A DNA stretch of 64,000 bases from Gammaproteobacteria bacterium (GTDB lineage Bacteria > Pseudomonadota > Gammaproteobacteria > Porifericomitales > Porifericomitaceae), in NCBI GenBank assembly GCA_014238615.1, contig JABAAT010000024.1:104234-168233 (forward strand). Direction: 5' to 3'. The notes under the pieces are model-generated. The model worked only from the letters and a program-made list of their open reading frames with translations. It made no database searches and was not told the DNA's origin. The translations under genes and the position numbers were made by a program. Positions 52,624 through 61,579 of the stretch are shown here, one piece after another; the first letter of the stretch is position 1, and every line of letters starts with the position of its first letter.

Positions 52624-54383
52624 GGCGCTGCTTCCATACGCGCTTCCGGAGAACCTTCCAGGGGGGGTTCCACGAGGGAAAAGGGGAGTCCCGCGTAAAG
52701 CACCCCGGGCGCGGGCCGCGCCTCCGGGCGAATGCCAAGTAGACGAAGGGCGTTGCCCATGACAGCCGCGAACACGGGTGCCGCCACGAGCCCCCCGAAG
52801 TACTCCCCGGCGCCAGGCTCGTCAATCATCACCACCAGCACCAGGCGCGGCGCACCCGCCGGCGCGAACCCCGCGAACAGCGACAGGTAGCGATGCTCCG
52901 CATAGCCGCCGGCCTCGGCCTTGTGTACGGTGCCGGTCTTACCGGCCACCCGGTAGCCAGGGACGGCCGCGCGGCGGCCGCTGCCGCCCGGTGCCGTCGC
53001 CGCTTCCAGCATGGAGCGCAGCTGGCGCACCTCGGCGGCGGGGAACACCCGTTGACCGGGCAACGGCCGCGTACGGCGCCGGAAGGTCAGCGGCACCCGC
53101 ACCCCGTCGTTGGCCAGCACGGCATACGCCTGGGCCAACTGCAGGGCGCTCAGGGAGACCCCGTAACCATATGCCGTGGTGGCCTGGTGCAGCGGCGTCC
53201 ACTCTTCGATTGGACTCAGACGCCCCGCGACCTCTCCGGGGAAACCAGTCTCGCTGATACTGCCCAGGCCGGCCGCACGCAACCCCTTCCACAGTAGTTC
53301 CGTGGGCAATGCCAGGGCCACCCGGGCGGCCCCCACGTTGCTGGACTTAATGAGCACCGAACGTAGTTCCAGCAGCCCGAAATTCCGGATATCGCTGATC
53401 CGATGACCGGCGAGGCGCATTTCGCCCGGCGTGGTGTCCACCGGGGTGGAGGAAAAATAGTCACCGCTCAGCAGGGCGCTGAGCACGGTAAAGGGCTTCA
53501 AGGTGGAACCCGGCTCAAACAGATCGGTGACGGCGCGGTTGCGGAAGTGGTCCGGACGCAGGGAACGGCGATTATTCGGATTAAAGGAAGGCTGATTCAC
53601 CAGGGCCAGAATTTCCCCGGTGGCCACATCCGCCAGTACCAGGGAACCGCCACGCGCCCGGTGCCGACTGACCGCCCGCTCCAACTGCACGTAGGCTTCA
53701 TGCTGCAGGCGCAGATCCAGGCTCAGCGCCAGGTTCCGGCCGGGGCGCGCCGCTTCAATGCGTCCCACGCGCTCCACGGCCCGGCCGAGCCGATCCCGAA
53801 CCACTTTCTTGCTGCCAGGCGTGCCGCGCAACCACTCATCGTAGACCAGCTCGGCGCCTTCCTGCCCGGCCTCGTCAACGTCGCTGAACCCCGTGACGTG
53901 CGCGGCGACCGCGCCGACCGGGTAGTAACGCCGATATTCCTCGCCCACAAACACCCCGGGCAACTTCAGCGCCGCCACTCGCGTCGCCAGCGCCGGACTG
54001 ATGCCGCGCCGTAGATAAAGGAAACGCTGCGCGGCGCGTTCCCGCAACCGGGCATTCAGGTCTCCGGAAGAGAGCGCCAGCAATTCCGTCAAACGCCCTC
54101 GCAGGCGCACTCCGGCGCGCGCCAAAAGCTCGGGATTCACCCACACCGAGCGCACCGGGGTACTCACGGCCAGGGGTTCACCGCGTCGATCCGTGATCAT
54201 GCCGCGGTGCACCGGCACATGGGCGGTGCGCAGAAAGCGATCCTGCCCCTCCCGGCGCAGCAGCTCCGAGGAAGCGTGCAGTTGCAGGTAAGCGACGCGC
54301 CCTGACAAACCCAGCGCCCCGCCGACCAGCACGGCCAGGAATAGCAGGTGACGACCCAGACTCATCGACCCAAACTCATTCAC
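52620..54383 (-). CDS. ftsI: Penicillin-binding protein 3
   Basis: RGMITDRRG, EPGSTLK (SxxK), SSN, KTGT; start uncertain (54383 or 54440). Confidence 0.95.
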   Translation of the reverse strand: MNEFGSMSLGRHLLFLAVLVGGALGLSGRVAYLQLHASSELLRREGQDRFLRTAHVPVHRGMITDRRGEPLAVSTPVRSVWVNPELLARAGVRLRGRLTELLALSSGDLNARLRERAAQRFLYLRRGISPALATRVAALKLPGVFVGEEYRRYYPVGAVAAHVTGFSDVDEAGQEGAELVYDEWLRGTPGSKKVVRDRLGRAVERVGRIEAARPGRNLALSLDLRLQHEAYVQLERAVSRHRARGGSLVLADVATGEILALVNQPSFNPNNRRSLRPDHFRNRAVTDLFEPGSTLKPFTVLSALLSGDYFSSTPVDTTPGEMRLAGHRISDIRNFGLLELRSVLIKSSNVGAARVALALPTELLWKGLRAAGLGSISETGFPGEVAGRLSPIEEWTPLHQATTAYGYGVSLSALQLAQAYAVLANDGVRVPLTFRRRTRPLPGQRVFPAAEVRQLRSMLEAATAPGGSGRRAAVPGYRVAGKTGTVHKAEAGGYAEHRYLSLFAGFAPAGAPRLVLVVMIDEPGAGEYFGGLVAAPVFAAVMGNALRLLGIRPEARPAPGVLYAGLPFSLVEPPLEGSPEARMEAAP

Positions 54384-54708
54384 GAACACTCGGCGGCGCG
54401 CCGGGCCACGGTTCTTCAGGTAGGTTCGCTGCGTCCGCACCCCCCAGTACCTTCCAGGTACCGGCCTGCAGATCGGGGAGCCGCATGTCCAGGCGCTCCC
54501 GCGCCAGGTTGGAAATACGCCCGCGGGCGGCCCAGCTGCCGTGCTCCAGGAGCAACCGGCCCCACTCCTCCCCCAGGTTCAGAAGATCGCGTTCCAGGTA
54601 CTCCAGTTCCATAAACGAATGCCGCACTTCATGGCGCGACCAGACCAGTCCCAGCGCCGAGACGAAGACCAGCGACCCAAGCAACAACAGCTGCACCCGG
54701 AATTTCAT
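54376..54708 (-). CDS. ftsL: Cell division protein FtsL
   Basis: TM segment then coiled coil 'EWGRLLLEHGSWA..RI..AR..L.M'; ATGA overlap with rsmH. Confidence 0.88.
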   Translation of the reverse strand: MKFRVQLLLLGSLVFVSALGLVWSRHEVRHSFMELEYLERDLLNLGEEWGRLLLEHGSWAARGRISNLARERLDMRLPDLQAGTWKVLGGADAANLPEEPWPGAPPSVRE

Positions 54709-55670
54709 GCGGTGCGTTCCAGTACCCGCAGCAGGGCGCTGCGGCTGCGCCGGTTGGCGGTGCGCTCCGCGAGCCCGGAACGCACCGGCCGGCCCACCAC
54801 GCGGAAACGGGCCGCGGGCGGCGGCGGCGGCTCCAGTGAACCGTGGGGTAAAGCGGCGCGCGCCAGGGAACGCAGCCAGGTTTTCACCAGGCGATCCTCC
54901 AGGGAGTGGAAACTGATGATCAACAGACGTCCGCCGACCGCCAGCAGACCGGGAGCGGCGCGCAGCAGGCATTGCAGCTGTCCCGCCTCGTCGTTGATAT
55001 GGCGGCGCAGGGCCAGGAAAGCCCGGGTGGCCGGATGTCGACGATTTTCCCTGCAGGGCACTGCTCCCTCGATGATCCTCCCAAGATCATCGCCGCGCAC
55101 GATAGGGGCGGAGCACCGCACCCGCACGATGGCCTGGGCGATACGCCGCGCATGGCGCTCCCCGCCCTGGCTCACCAGCACTTCCTCGATCTCCCGGGCG
55201 GGAACGTCCCGCATCCAGTCCGTCACGCTCTCGCCCTGTTCCTGATCCATGCGCATGTCCAGCGGGCCCTCCCGCAGAAAACCGAAGCCGCGCCGTGGAT
55301 CATCCAACTGCAGGGAAGATATCCCCAGGTCCGCCAAAATTCCGTCCACCCCGCTCTCCATCCCGTGCGCCGCCGCCAGCTCCGCGACTTGGCTGAAACA
55401 GGCGTGCGCCGACAGGCAGCGCTGATCCGCATCGTGCCGCCGCCAGGCATGCAGCGCGGTTGGGTCCCGATCCAGCGCCAGCAACCGCCCTTCCGGACCC
55501 AGGAGCTCCAGCACCGCCGCGGCGTGCCCGCCACCGCCCAAAGTGCAATCGATGTAGCGTCCGCCCGCCCGCACCCGCAAACTGGAAAGCACTTCTTCCA
55601 GCAGCACCGGCCGGTGACCGACTCCGGGGCCGGACCCGAAGTCTCCCGGCGCACGGGACATTTCTTCCAC
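54705..55670 (-). CDS. rsmH: 16S rRNA m4C1402 methyltransferase
   Basis: HRPVLL, DCTLGGGGH, DLGISS.QLD, GPLDMRM, ISFHSLEDR, N.RSRSA. Confidence 0.97.
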   Translation of the reverse strand: MEEMSRAPGDFGSGPGVGHRPVLLEEVLSSLRVRAGGRYIDCTLGGGGHAAAVLELLGPEGRLLALDRDPTALHAWRRHDADQRCLSAHACFSQVAELAAAHGMESGVDGILADLGISSLQLDDPRRGFGFLREGPLDMRMDQEQGESVTDWMRDVPAREIEEVLVSQGGERHARRIAQAIVRVRCSAPIVRGDDLGRIIEGAVPCRENRRHPATRAFLALRRHINDEAGQLQCLLRAAPGLLAVGGRLLIISFHSLEDRLVKTWLRSLARAALPHGSLEPPPPPAARFRVVGRPVRSGLAERTANRRSRSALLRVLERTA

Positions 55671-55681
55671 GCCATCCCGGC

Positions 55682-56143
55682 TCAGAAAGGAACCTGTCCC
55701 AGGTACTCCATGATCTCCTCATTTCGAGAGTGCACTTCCTCCAGCCAGCTGCGCCGTTTCTCGTTCCAGCGCTCCAATGACCAGATCTCCAGCTTGTTGC
55801 CTTGTCCCAGGCACATCGCCTGCTTTCCCAGCTCGGCGTGCTCACGCAGCGGCTGACTCAACAGCACCCGCCCGTTGCCGTCGCAACGGCAATCGATGGC
55901 GTTGCCACGCAGCAACTGCTTGGCGTTGCGGTGGTAGATATTGGCGTCCGAGAGCCGATCCAGGTGCGCGTCCAGTTCTTCCCACTGCTCAAGCGGGTAG
56001 ATCCAGAGGGCGGCCTCCAGGGGGCTCACCGTGAGCACCAGGGATAAGCTGTTATTCTCCCGCAACAGGTTTCTATACCGCCCGGGAATCGCGAGGCGGT
56101 ATTTACTGTCCAGCGTGATGATTTGTGAGCCGCGGAAAGACAT
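55682..56143 (-). CDS. mraZ: Division/cell wall cluster repressor MraZ
   Basis: FRG....LD.K.RLAIP..YR, D.NGRVLL, GQGNKLEIW. Confidence 0.95.
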   Translation of the reverse strand: MSFRGSQIITLDSKYRLAIPGRYRNLLRENNSLSLVLTVSPLEAALWIYPLEQWEELDAHLDRLSDANIYHRNAKQLLRGNAIDCRCDGNGRVLLSQPLREHAELGKQAMCLGQGNKLEIWSLERWNEKRRSWLEEVHSRNEEIMEYLGQVPF

Positions 56144-56180
56144 TTTGGAGACCCGGCCGTGCTGGCCCCTTGGAGGAGAT

Positions 56181-56220
56181 ATTCCACAAGAAACCATTTC
56201 TTACCACAATTCCCCACAAG
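56181..56220 (-). promoter_or_regulatory. MraZ-binding direct repeats
   Basis: Minus strand GTGGG, GTGGT, ATGGT, GTGGA at 10-nt periodicity between the promoter and mraZ. Confidence 0.75.
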
Positions 56221-56247
56221 ATTACTCTACAGAACCACCCCTGTCAA
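56219..56247 (-). promoter_or_regulatory. dcw (mraZ) promoter
   Basis: Minus strand TTGACA-N17-TAATCT. Confidence 0.7.
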
Positions 56248-56443
56248 GTCTGAAAGCAAAAAAATTTCCAAGGTTCCCCGAGGCGAGGTGGGCTGACAGC
56301 CCCCGGCGCCATCCATCCATCCTCCCCCGTGGGAAAGCCGTGCTAAACCCCCGGGCGACCGGACAGGATGCAGAGCTGGGCCGGTCGGGCCAGCGCGGCG
56401 CCAAAACAACCCGGGAGACGACAATCCGGGAGTTTGCGGCCGG

Positions 56444-56505
56444 GTGGCCGCCGCGCGGCGAGAGTGGCCGCCGCGCGGCGAGAGTGGCCGCCGCGCGGCG
56501 AGAGT
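56444..56505. repeat. Perfect 20-bp tandem repeat, 3 copies (GTGGCCGCCGCGCGGCGAGA)
   Basis: Read directly; each unit contains the palindrome CGCCGCGCGGCG. Confidence 0.95.
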
Positions 56506-57282
56506 TCAACGGCTTTCAGGAAAGGAGCGGGGAGCCCGGTCGGGCTGGGTCCACGCCTCGGTCACTAAAGATCAGGTTGACGTTGGTGATCAGGCCGGTA
56601 TGCCCGCGGCCCGCGAAAACTTCCGAGTGATGCGCGGACCTTCTCATCCACCTTCAGCGTCCGGCGCCTGGCCTGCCGACTGTGCAGGGCAAGCTCCGAC
56701 CCCACCCGGAGGCGCCCATGGCCGAATTCGCCGGAAACCCCACGGGCAGGCGACTTCCAGCCGGGTCTTGAGGCCCAGCTACAGGATGCCCACCGACTCG
56801 GCCACCGGGTCAGCCGCGAGCCGGAAACACATCCTCCGCCGACCTGCTCCTCTGACCGGCAGGTAACACTCAACCTGCCGTCCAGGGAAAGCCGGCAGCG
56901 GTCCAGAAAGCGCCCTGCCTGATCGTTAGACCGCGGCGAAGGTCGGCTCCCACGGAACCGGAAGTGCGGCTCCGTCCCCATGCGGTCGCTTTCCCCTGTT
57001 GAGTCCGTAGTCATCCTGGGTGATGGAGTCTTCCCTGGAGGTGAGCGAGAGTCTTGGTGGAACGCTGATGCAGCCGGCCGGGCGGCCGCCATTTGCAACC
57101 CGGTTGCGAGCTCACCGCCTGCCGGGAGGTATCTCCAGGGGGCAACACCAGGCCGAACTAGACGCCAGGTTCCAGGGATGCTGCTCTCCCGCGGCGGTGT
57201 TCCAAAACCCACGCCCGCGTGCCGATATCGCGGACAAAGCCTTCATGTATAATTGCACTGTATCTCTCCAGAGGATTCATCA

Positions 57283-58122
57283 GTGAACCAGACTGCGGAA
57301 CAGATTCAAGCCATCCCGGACATCCAGTCCACCCCGGACGCCCGGCGCTTGGCCATCGACCGGGTCGGTATCAAGGATATCCGCCACCCGGTGGTCATCC
57401 GTGACCGCACCGGGCGCGACCAGCATACCGTGGCGCGTTTCAACATGTATGTGCGGTTGCCGCATCACTTTAAGGGCACGCACATGTCGCGCTTCGTGGA
57501 AATCCTGAACCGCCATGAATACGAAATCACGGTGGACACCTTCCGCGACATGCTGGTGGAGATGCGCCGGGTGCTGGATGTCGAGTCCGGCGCCATCGAA
57601 ATGAGCTTCCCGCTGTTCATCTCCAAGGCCGCGCCGGTGTCCAACGTGCAAAGCCTCATGGACTATGAAGTCAGCTTTATCGGCCAAGTGAACAAGGCCG
57701 GACAGGAAGTGATCGTGCGGGTCGTCGTACCGGTCACGACCCTGTGCCCCTGCTCTAAGAAGATCTCCGACTACGGGGCGCACAACCAGCGCTCCCACGT
57801 CACTCTGGAAGTGCGCCTGCGCGAATTCGTCTGGGTCGAGGAGCTGATCGGGATGGTGGAAGAAGTAGCCTCCTGCGAGCTCTACGGGCTGCTCAAAAGA
57901 CCGGACGAAAAGTACGTCACCGAACGCGCCTACGAAAACCCGAAGTTCGTGGAAGACATCGTACGGGATCTCGCGGTGCGCTTGAAGAAAGACCCACGCA
58001 TCGCCGCCTTCAAGGTGGAATCCGAGAACTTTGAGTCAATCCACAATCATTCCGCCTATGCCATGCTGCGCCACGACAAGGACAGGCCGAAGCAGGAGCA
58101 GACCGCGGACAGGGGCTCCTGA
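57283..58122 (+). CDS. folE2: GTP cyclohydrolase I type B
   Basis: [62 protein letters not shown] upstream. Confidence 0.96.
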   Translation: MNQTAEQIQAIPDIQSTPDARRLAIDRVGIKDIRHPVVIRDRTGRDQHTVARFNMYVRLPHHFKGTHMSRFVEILNRHEYEITVDTFRDMLVEMRRVLDVESGAIEMSFPLFISKAAPVSNVQSLMDYEVSFIGQVNKAGQEVIVRVVVPVTTLCPCSKKISDYGAHNQRSHVTLEVRLREFVWVEELIGMVEEVASCELYGLLKRPDEKYVTERAYENPKFVEDIVRDLAVRLKKDPRIAAFKVESENFESIHNHSAYAMLRHDKDRPKQEQTADRGS

Positions 58123-58159
58123 CTGATCCGGCCTGACTGATCCGGCCTGACTGATCCAG
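58118..58159. repeat. 14-bp tandem repeat, about 3 copies (CCTGACTGATCCGG), spanning the folE2 stop
   Basis: Read directly; the third copy has one mismatch. Confidence 0.9.
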
Positions 58160-58250
58160 GTACAGGGGAGTTGAAGATCAAGAACAGGTGGGAGGGGGAG
58201 GAGCAGACCGTGGACACCGCCTGGCGCACGCCGCGAACGGCGCATTGCCG

Positions 58251-59600
58251 TCAGGTATTGCCGCCCAGATTGTCGCCAGGATTGCCGTTGGTTTGGTCAG
58301 CCGCCGTGCTGGAATCACCGGCCGCCGCGTTGGGATCATAAGTTTCCACCCGGTTGCGGCCGGACCGCTTAGCCTGGTAAAGAGCCTTATCAGCAAGTTG
58401 CACCAGGAATTCCGGACTCTGCTCCCGGACCGCCCGCACACAGGCAACTCCCAGGCTGGCTGAGACCACCGGACCGCTTTTCGATGCGGTGAGCCACACC
58501 CTCAAGGAAGGCATCGCCACGCGGATCTGCTCAGCAATGGAGCGCGCCTCCACAAGATCGGTTTCAGCCAGCACCACGGCAAATTCCTCTCCTCCATAAC
58601 GCGCCACCAGGTCACCACCGCGCCGTCCATAGCTTTGCAGGAGACCCGCCACGGCGCGCAGGCAGGCGTCCCCCGCCGGGTGCCCGTAGTGATCGTTGTA
58701 ACGCTTGAAGTGATCCACATCAAGCAGGATCAACGACAACGGCCGCCCGGTGCGGCAGGCGCGGCGCCATTCACGGCCCAGGAAATCATCAAAAAACCTC
58801 CGGTTGGCGAGCCGCGTCAGGCTGTCCTGCTGGGAAAGCTCGGTATAGTGAACCACTTGCTGTAGTGCGTGTTGTCTCTGGAACTGCAAGCGCAGGTATT
58901 CAGCAGCCTGCGCCGCCAGGCGCAACCGCGCCGGAAAATTCAGCACACGACCTTGTCGATCCGGGATCAGTATGGCCAGGCAGGCCAGCTGCAGGACCAT
59001 CTCCAAGCCGACCTCCGGCTGCAAAACAACATGGTACACCTCGGCCTCCAGTACACCCAGCAGGACGAGCAACAGGACCATGGGCGACGGCAACAACAAC
59101 AACACCTGGAAACCGAACAGGCGCCAGGGAGGCCAATAGAGTTCCCGTATCGCGAGTATGGCCAGCAACCACATGCCGAATATTAATGGCTGGGAATCCA
59201 CTAAATCGTGGTACGGCAGCAGCCCGGCGGAGCCCACACCCCAAAGCAGGCCATGCGCCAGCCAGGCGGCTTCATGCAGCTTCAGCGCCTGGGAGCCGTT
59301 CTCCCGGGGCGGTGCCGCGCCCGCTCTCAAACTCAAACCCAGGCTCAGACCCAGGCTCACCACAAGACTCATGATCCAAAGCGGGTACCAGCCGACGGAT
59401 ACCACCTCCCTGCAGACGGTGAACGCCAGGAACATCAGGAAGCCACTGGCCAGGGACAGCCAAAGGGGAAAAGCGGGAGGGGTGGTTTCCCAAGGTAAAT
59501 CCGCGGACCTTTCGGGACGCGGTTTCTCTACGGAGCCCGTGTCGTCAGGCAGTTGCTCCTTGTCCGTGCTGCGCCGCCGATCAACCATGGTATTCAGCAC
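58251..59600 (-). CDS. Membrane-anchored diguanylate cyclase (GGDEF)
   Basis: Multi-TM N-terminus; D.LT.LANRR, DVDHFK.YND.YGH..GD, RGGD I-site, RYGGEEF, ADKALYQAK..GRN. Confidence 0.93.
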   Translation of the reverse strand: MLNTMVDRRRSTDKEQLPDDTGSVEKPRPERSADLPWETTPPAFPLWLSLASGFLMFLAFTVCREVVSVGWYPLWIMSLVVSLGLSLGLSLRAGAAPPRENGSQALKLHEAAWLAHGLLWGVGSAGLLPYHDLVDSQPLIFGMWLLAILAIRELYWPPWRLFGFQVLLLLPSPMVLLLVLLGVLEAEVYHVVLQPEVGLEMVLQLACLAILIPDRQGRVLNFPARLRLAAQAAEYLRLQFQRQHALQQVVHYTELSQQDSLTRLANRRFFDDFLGREWRRACRTGRPLSLILLDVDHFKRYNDHYGHPAGDACLRAVAGLLQSYGRRGGDLVARYGGEEFAVVLAETDLVEARSIAEQIRVAMPSLRVWLTASKSGPVVSASLGVACVRAVREQSPEFLVQLADKALYQAKRSGRNRVETYDPNAAAGDSSTAADQTNGNPGDNLGGNT

Positions 59601-59632
59601 TCACGCCTGGCACACACCGGCATTGCCCTCAC

Positions 59633-59679
59633 AAAATTTGTCCAAAAAATTTGTCCAAAAATTGTCCAAAAAATTGTGA
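59633..59679. repeat. AT-rich imperfect tandem repeat, TTGTCCAAAAA(A) 3 copies
   Basis: aaaatttgtcc aaaaaatttgtcc aaaaattgtcc aaaaaattgtga read directly. Confidence 0.85.
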
Positions 59680-59690
59680 TGAGCGTAACA
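59675..59690. promoter_or_regulatory. CRP/FNR-family-like site
   Basis: TGTGA-N6-TAACA, one mismatch from TGTGA-N6-TCACA, upstream of the GGDEF gene. Confidence 0.45.
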
Positions 59691-59986
59691 ACATACAGCT
59701 AAAGGAAGCATGAGCATGTACAATCTCGAAGCAGGGTTCCGGAAATCGTCCTCAGTACAATACGTCAAGCGAGTTCAGCGCATCCAGGCGCATGTAGAGT
59801 CAGCACCATATCCCTGATGGCGTAACCCTGATGGCATAATAACGTAAACAGGCTTTCCGTGGCTCACCCCGGGCGAACCGCGAACCGCTCCGAGCACGCC
59901 CAGACACACGGCGGCTACCCGTCACCCCAAGGAGTAAACAGCACCATGACAAGCCTTCTCAGCTCCCCACCCGCACACGGGCAGTC

Positions 59987-60751
59987 ATGACCACCGGCCG
60001 CTTGACCGGACGCAGCATGGTGATCACAGGCGCATCCGGAGAAATCGGCGCGGCGACGGCGCGGCTTTGTGCGCGGCACGGCGCACGCATCGGGGTGCAT
60101 TATCATCGCTCGCGGGACGCCGCGACACGCCTCGTGGAAGAAATCCGCGCGGCCAACGGCAGCGCCGAGGCGTTGCGCGCCGACCTCTCCAGAGAGGACG
60201 AAGTCAATGCCCTGGTGACGAAAGCCGGTGCGCGCCTGGGGCACCTGGACGCCTGGTTCAACAACGCCGGCGCCGATATCCTCACCGGAGAGAACGCGCG
60301 GACTGGAGACAACGCGCGCCTGCGACGACTGCTGGAGGTAGATCTGCTGGGCACCATCCTGTGCTGCTGGAAGGTCGCTCCACTCATGCAGAAAGCAGGC
60401 GGCGGGGTCATCATCAACATGTCCTGGGACCTGTCCGGCCAAGGAATGGCCGGGCGCAATCCGGAGATTTTCGCGGCCGTAAAGGGCGGCGTGACGGCCT
60501 TCACCAAGTGCCTGGCGAAATCTCAGGCGCCCCTGGTACGGGTCAACGACGTAGCCCCCGGCTGGATCGAGACCGCCTTCGCCCGCGAGGTGATGAGCCG
60601 CGAATACTACGAAGACGTGGTGCAAAAGACGCCCCTGCAACGCTTCGGCGCCCCGGAAGACGTGGCCCAGGCGGTGCTCTTCCTAGTTTCCCGGGAAGCC
60701 GACTTCATCACCGGGCAGACCATACGCGTGAACGGCGGCCTGGTTTCCTGA
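59987..60751 (+). CDS. Short-chain dehydrogenase/reductase (atypical, FxxxK)
   Basis: TGASGEIG, NNAG, FAAVK at the YxxxK position, VNDVAPGWI.T, TGQTI.VNGG. Confidence 0.9.
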   Translation: MTTGRLTGRSMVITGASGEIGAATARLCARHGARIGVHYHRSRDAATRLVEEIRAANGSAEALRADLSREDEVNALVTKAGARLGHLDAWFNNAGADILTGENARTGDNARLRRLLEVDLLGTILCCWKVAPLMQKAGGGVIINMSWDLSGQGMAGRNPEIFAAVKGGVTAFTKCLAKSQAPLVRVNDVAPGWIETAFAREVMSREYYEDVVQKTPLQRFGAPEDVAQAVLFLVSREADFITGQTIRVNGGLVS

Positions 60752-60779
60752 GTCCCGCCCCCCGCGCCACGCGGCGCAT

Positions 60780-61295
60780 TCAGTAACGTAACAGCGTGTG
60801 CACCCGGTGCCCGGCAAGCCGCGCCCGCCCGCCCAGATCACCCAACTCCACCACGAAGGCGCAGCCCAGCACCTCGGCTCCGGCCTGCTCCAGCAGTGCA
60901 CATGCCGCCGCCGCCGTGCCGCCGGTGGCGAGCAGGTCATCCAGCAGTAACACCCGGCCACCAGCGGGAAGCAGTTCCGCGCCCAGTTCCAGGCGGTCCG
61001 CGCCGTATTCAAGTTCGTAATCCACCCCCAACACCTTCCCGGGCAGCTTGCCCGGCTTGCGCAGAGGCACGAACCCGGCGCCCAGCGCAAGCGCGGCGGG
61101 TGCCCCGAACAAAAACCCCCGCGCTTCCACGGCTGCCACCCAGCCCACGCGCGCTTCCAGGAACGGCCGGCAAAGCTCCGAAACGGTCTGCTCCATGGCC
61201 CTCGGGGCGGCCAGCAAAGGTGTGAGGTCCCGGAACAGAATGCCGGGACGGGGGAAATCAGGGATGGAATGAATGTAAGTTCTCAATTCCAGCAT
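60780..61295 (-). CDS. apt: Adenine phosphoribosyltransferase
   Basis: IPDFP.PGILFRD, EARGF, RKPGKLP, YELEYG, DDLLATGGT. Confidence 0.97.
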   Translation of the reverse strand: MLELRTYIHSIPDFPRPGILFRDLTPLLAAPRAMEQTVSELCRPFLEARVGWVAAVEARGFLFGAPAALALGAGFVPLRKPGKLPGKVLGVDYELEYGADRLELGAELLPAGGRVLLLDDLLATGGTAAAACALLEQAGAEVLGCAFVVELGDLGGRARLAGHRVHTLLRY

Positions 61296-61579
61296 GGTTT
61301 CAACTCATGATTGATGACCGCGCCGCACCCCACGCCCAGCCGCATGAACCGCCGCATAAACCGCGCATGCACCCCTGGCCCGGAACCGGCTTCTTCCCGG
61401 ACGCCGGGGAAAGCGACCCGCCTGCAAAACACGTGGCGCACACCGCGCCCGAACCCCGCAATAGAGCAACCGCCCGCATTCCAGAGTATAATCGCTGTAC
61501 ACTAATAAAGATGGCTGTCGCACCGACTGCGGCGCGCGGCCGCTCCCGTTCAATTCCTCGGAAACTGCAACAGCAAGTG

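Noticed and set aside
56444..56505. Possible CRISPR array
   Set aside because: Units are directly adjacent with no spacers, and no cas genes are present
56690..56760. RNase P RNA (rnpB), expected upstream of mraZ; CCCCACCCGGAG resembles part of it
   Set aside because: The universal GAGGAAAGTCC and AGAACCCGGCTTA segments were not found on either strand
59638..59670. DnaA-box cluster / oriC (TTGTCCAAA three times)
   Set aside because: Each unit mismatches TTWTNCACA, the units are a simple tandem repeat, and there is no dnaA/gidA context
59672..59692. lac-operator-like sequence or vector contamination
   Set aside because: Only a partial resemblance to AATTGTGAGCGGATAACAATT and no vector sequence nearby; a CRP-like site fits better
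61307..61579. N-terminal extension of PhaA
   Set aside because: Thiolase similarity begins at ATG 61580; the upstream part is the apt/phaA divergent promoter region
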